Source of the DNA: Lophium mytilinum
Lineage: Eukaryota
DNA length: 64,000 nt
Reading direction: 5' to 3'
Assembly: GCA_010093605.1 (NCBI GenBank)
Contig: MU004198.1
Coordinates: forward strand, 684,726-748,725
In this document: positions 60,385-64,000 of the stretch, piece by piece
Position numbering within the stretch: the first letter of the stretch is position 1
How the letters are laid out: each line of letters begins with the position of its first letter
Notes under the pieces: generated by a model
What the model saw: only the letters and a program-made list of their open reading frames with translations
Told to the model about the DNA's origin: nothing
Database searches by the model: none
Position numbers and translations under genes: made by a program

Positions 60385-62407
60385 TCAAGGATACGCCGGC
60401 CCAAACAAAGCCTGGTCCTCCGAAAAATTGGATTCCCTCCAACTCTTCCAGGACGGCCGACGACCATGTACTTCATGGGAATCATCGCTGAGCGTATTAT
60501 CCTGGACCGGAGGAAAATTGAAGAATAACTCCTTCCCAAGCGGAAAAGTCTTCCACGTCCCAGGCCGGGGCCCAGGCCGCCTTACCACTTCAGCCCTTAC
60601 GGTACCCTCCGGTCCCAGGATAAACCACTCAACCCAGACCCTCTCCTCTCGCTTCCACGAGAAATTGTCGACTTGGAACCCGGTGCTGAAGCGGGCAGAG
60701 AAGCGCCCGTTACCATCCATGTTCCCGTCGATGACAACGCTGTAGAGCCGCGTTTTGTCGACAGGCCATCCTGTCGTGGGATCGACTTCGCTCTCTTCGA
60801 TCTCCATGGCGCGTTCCGCGATGACGACGTTTTGCTGCGGGTCCCAGAGGCCCTCCCGGGGTGGGTTTAGAGCAAGAAGGGCGATGGCCTCGCGGCGGGT
60901 GACGGGGCAGCGACAGCGGTTTGCGCAGAAGAAAAGTGGTGGGACAATAGACACTTCAAAGGTGAAGTTGGCTGCAGGGCGATAGAAGGTCGAAGACGTG
61001 ACGTTGGAGCCAACGGAAGAGGGCGATGCGGACGGCGACGCGAGGCCCATGGATTCGAGCACGAGTCTTGCGTGATAACACAGAGCCTTGAAGCTTCGAA
61101 GATGCTGGTCGTACGGCATTTGGCTGGTCTCGGTGACGCAGGCGATGAAGATGAGGGTGGCGTAGTAGGAGACTTTGAGTTGGCTTGCTATTAGCCTGTC
61201 TTCCTTTGATAGGCGTCCATCGCGTTCGAGGGTTTGGAGACTATCCAGCCAAGAGTAATGGCAGTCTAGAAGGTAGTTTTGATGGTGGACATTCTTTTCT
61301 GTGATTCTGTCCCCTTCGAAAATCCTCTTCCCCCAGTCGCGGATGAAGAGGAGAGACAGGTTCCGAAGTTCGTGGCTAGAAGCTTGCGCCTCCAAGATCG
61401 TAGGGAAGGGTCGCATCTCGAAGTCGGCGGGAAGATGGTCGGATACCTTCTCAACCGGGACACCGTACATGAGTGCGGCCGTAATCGATCGAACATAGAT
61501 AGGCACCAACTTTTCCTCGATCAAAGACTCCGAGCTGGAAAAGCTACCCGTACTTCCCGGAGAAGACTGCGGAGACACGAAACCACTCGACGAGCTGATC
61601 GCATGTGTCTTTCTCCACGCCGCTATGATGTTCAGTCCGTTAGTCAAGTGCATAAATGCCGTCGCCCAGTTTCCGCGCATGTATTCAATGCAAATGAACA
61701 GCACGCACGTGACGAGCCCAACCTCTGCGGTATAAGAGGGCTCAATCATGCGGTCAGCTAGATGCTTGACAGCTTTGTTGTAATTTAGAAGAAGGATCTT
61801 GCTTTCAGATCGAGCCGCAAACCTCGTGCGCGCATCTCGCAAGTTGCCGGACTGGGTTTTATACAGATAGCCCAGAGCGATCAAGGCGTGACGAATGGCA
61901 GGTTCGGATTGGGCTAGCTGAAGGGAAATCCGGGACCAAAACTCGTTGTCAAAGTGGCTAGATAGTGTTGATCGGGCGCAAGAATGATAAAACTCTAGAT
62001 ATTGGACATTGTCGCCAAGACCTGACAACATCGATAGTCCAGGTCGATGGCTTGATAGTTGCTGAAATACCGTAACCTTGAATTGCAGATCTCTGGTATC
62101 TTGGGGGTACCCATCGCATTTCCGGCCTGTACTGGTACACCTGTATGGGTTAGAAAGCTCATGATTGAAACACGAGTCATGCATAGCGTACCTGGAACAG
62201 CAAGGTTTTTTTTCATCGCATTTGACGCGTCGGATCCTATCACTTGCAGATTAGCGGTTATTCTCTACGGACCTTGGCTGTCCCGGTATCTAGTTGCATT
62301 AGAGATACCTACTTGCAGGTCAAACATCCCGTCCGCACTTTGCTACCGGCCCTGCGGGTCCTCTTTGGCAGCTCGACGCGGAATACATCTGATGATTCCG
62401 TGACCAT
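60385..62407 (-). CDS. Zn(II)2Cys6 transcription factor
   Basis: The cluster is split over three exons: SKVRTGCLTCK / IRRVKCDEKKPCCSR / CTSTGRKCDGY. Downstream FWSRISLQLAQSEPAIRHALIAL and RCRCPVTRREAIALL. Confidence 0.9.
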
Positions 62408-62726
62408 ATCGATGAAGTCTCCAATGATGCTTTTGTCTTGATGCGTGCCATAGCTGTGGGAGTGGAATACTCAGGAGAAGTTCGGATAGGGTTGGAGAAG
62501 AACCTTGGAGGTGTAAGAGCCTAATCTGACTAAGGTATAGCCTGGGATTCAAGTATCACGTGCTTGTTACGAGCGGCCCAATCATAATCGTCAGCAGAGT
62601 ATGCATTCGAAATGCATGAACGGTACTGGGATGCTATTTGGTTGCAATGTAATTTGATACCACCAAAGGTCTCCATGCATCATAGTATGCAACTACGACC
62701 ATATCGAAACATCTCCGAGTACGATT

Positions 62727-64000
62727 TTAGGAGCCAGCTCCATATTGCCGCATCAGTTCGATCGCCGCCGGATTTCCCCAGCGCTGGACTTCCTCAAAAA
62801 TGGTTTTCTGACCAGGGCAGGTCGGAGGGTCGATATTAGCTCCTGCTTCGAGTAAGATGCGCATTACCGTCACACGTCTGGCCCTCAGAGCGAGTCTCAG
62901 TGCAGTGTCGAAGGTATCAGATTGGGCATTTACATCGGCTCCGTAATCAAGTAGCAGTCTAGTAATGCGTTCTGCATCTTCAATCGTGAACTTGAACTGG
63001 CCTATACTTCCAGCGATGAGATGTAGAGCGAATCTAGGCGGTTGCCAGATATGGGGGTAGTCATCCTTGGGGCTTTCAGGTATGTTCGGATCAGCTCCTA
63101 GCTCCAGCAGGGTACGAACTACGGGTTCATTTCGGTCGGCTACCGCCCAATGCAATGGGGTACGGTTGAAATACTGGCCATGGATATCCGCACCAGCTTT
63201 TACTAATGTACGTACAACTTCTGGACGGCCAAGACACGCCAGAATCGGTATGGAGGACGCAATTTGGCTGTTTGGATCAGCGCCAAGATCAATAAGCTTG
63301 TTGATCCACTGGACATCACTCCCGAGATCTTGAACAGCAAAACCAAGGGCAAAATTTCGAGCTGCTGGCGATAATAGGTCGGGCGACCACCAAGTGGATA
63401 CTGACAGCCAGAGATTATGGCGGCAGATTACCTCGCACAGGATGAAGGTTCCGCAGTCCGGCGCCAGCTCGGAGGTTTCCTTGACGCATTTTCGACGATT
63501 CCAGAATTCATAGGGTTCTTGGCAGCGGATCATGGACAAAAGATACAGCTTCAAGAGGTGTATGAGTCGGCTATCTCGTACTTTTAGACCATTGCTGAAA
63601 TGAAGATGTTCTCCCCAGTAATATCTGCAATAATCTCGAATCTTCGTTCGTGAGCGAGGATCTTTCTCCCGTGCTTCGGACCTGTAACTCGCATGCGTGC
63701 ATGGCTTCCTCAAGATAGGTTCTTCCCACGGGATTAGGACAAGCATGCAAATTTTCGAGGCGAAATGAACGTGGTCTGCCTTTGGCCAAAATCCCAAAAA
63801 ATATTCTTGCGCAGACAGATGGCAGAAACGATAGACGTTTCCATCCAAGACCACGAGATTACGGCATGCGTCTAGAATAAACTTCCAACTGACGTCCGGA
63901 TCTGGAGTAGTAAACCCATCGGTCTCCGTATCCTGGCATACTACGGCAGCAAGGACGTCTAGTGTTGGCGGTTCGTAACAAGACGCGAGCCACTGGAGGG
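62727..64000 (-). CDS. 3' part of a NACHT-ankyrin (NLR-like) protein
   Basis: Frame is open from the window end: LQWLASCYEPPTLDVLAAVV...ILDACRNLVVLD...RFCHLSAQEYF (post-NACHT winged helix), followed by ankyrin repeats (RTPLHWAV...VVRTLLELGADPN). Confidence 0.82.
   Translation of the reverse strand, partial: LQWLASCYEPPTLDVLAAVVCQDTETDGFTTPDPDVSWKFILDACRNLVVLDGNVYRFCHLSAQEYFLGFWPKADHVHFASKICMLVLIPWEEPILRKPCTHASYRSEAREKDPRSRTKIRDYCRYYWGEHLHFSNGLKVRDSRLIHLLKLYLLSMIRCQEPYEFWNRRKCVKETSELAPDCGTFILCEVICRHNLWLSVSTWWSPDLLSPAARNFALGFAVQDLGSDVQWINKLIDLGADPNSQIASSIPILACLGRPEVVRTLVKAGADIHGQYFNRTPLHWAVADRNEPVVRTLLELGADPNIPESPKDDYPHIWQPPRFALHLIAGSIGQFKFTIEDAERITRLLLDYGADVNAQSDTFDTALRLALRARRVTVMRILLEAGANIDPPTCPGQKTIFEEVQRWGNPAAIELMRQYGAGS

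Overview
Eukaryotic DNA from a filamentous ascomycete (Pezizomycotina), judged from short GT-AG introns with CTAAC/CTGAC branch sites and Zn2Cys6 genes. About 24 protein genes were read by hand with their introns. Core genes: SCC3/STAG cohesin (partial), FEX1 fluoride exporter, uracil phosphoribosyltransferase, ELG1, UTP8, a FUSC/ArAE-type transporter, a double-PH protein, EFL1/RIA1, RPL32, an alcohol dehydrogenase, translin, a second C6 transcription factor and the 3' end of a NACHT-ankyrin gene. Two accessory-looking blocks lie between them. Block 1 (~1.8-16.6 kb) holds an F-box-like ORF, an aldo-keto reductase with one in-frame TAG, a DUF6604-like gene, AT-rich decayed DNA, a ~193-bp repeat array and a divergent Zn2Cys6 TF / MDR-reductase pair. 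Block 2 (~32.6-41 kb) holds orphan ORFs, degenerate ~171-bp and ~161-bp tandem arrays and a frameshifted SesA/HeLo-like-Sel1 fusion gene. The most striking unexplained signal is a ~135-nt element present twice in inverted orientation: once in the long first intron of the TF and once just downstream of the reductase stop. Each copy is in sense to its own gene and is closed by a different long stem whose G-U pairs favour the transcribed strand, which makes it a candidate structured RNA. Also notable are the fixed-length 161-bp arrays and repeated abrupt C-rich to G-rich skew flips. All calls come from manual reading; no searches were run.
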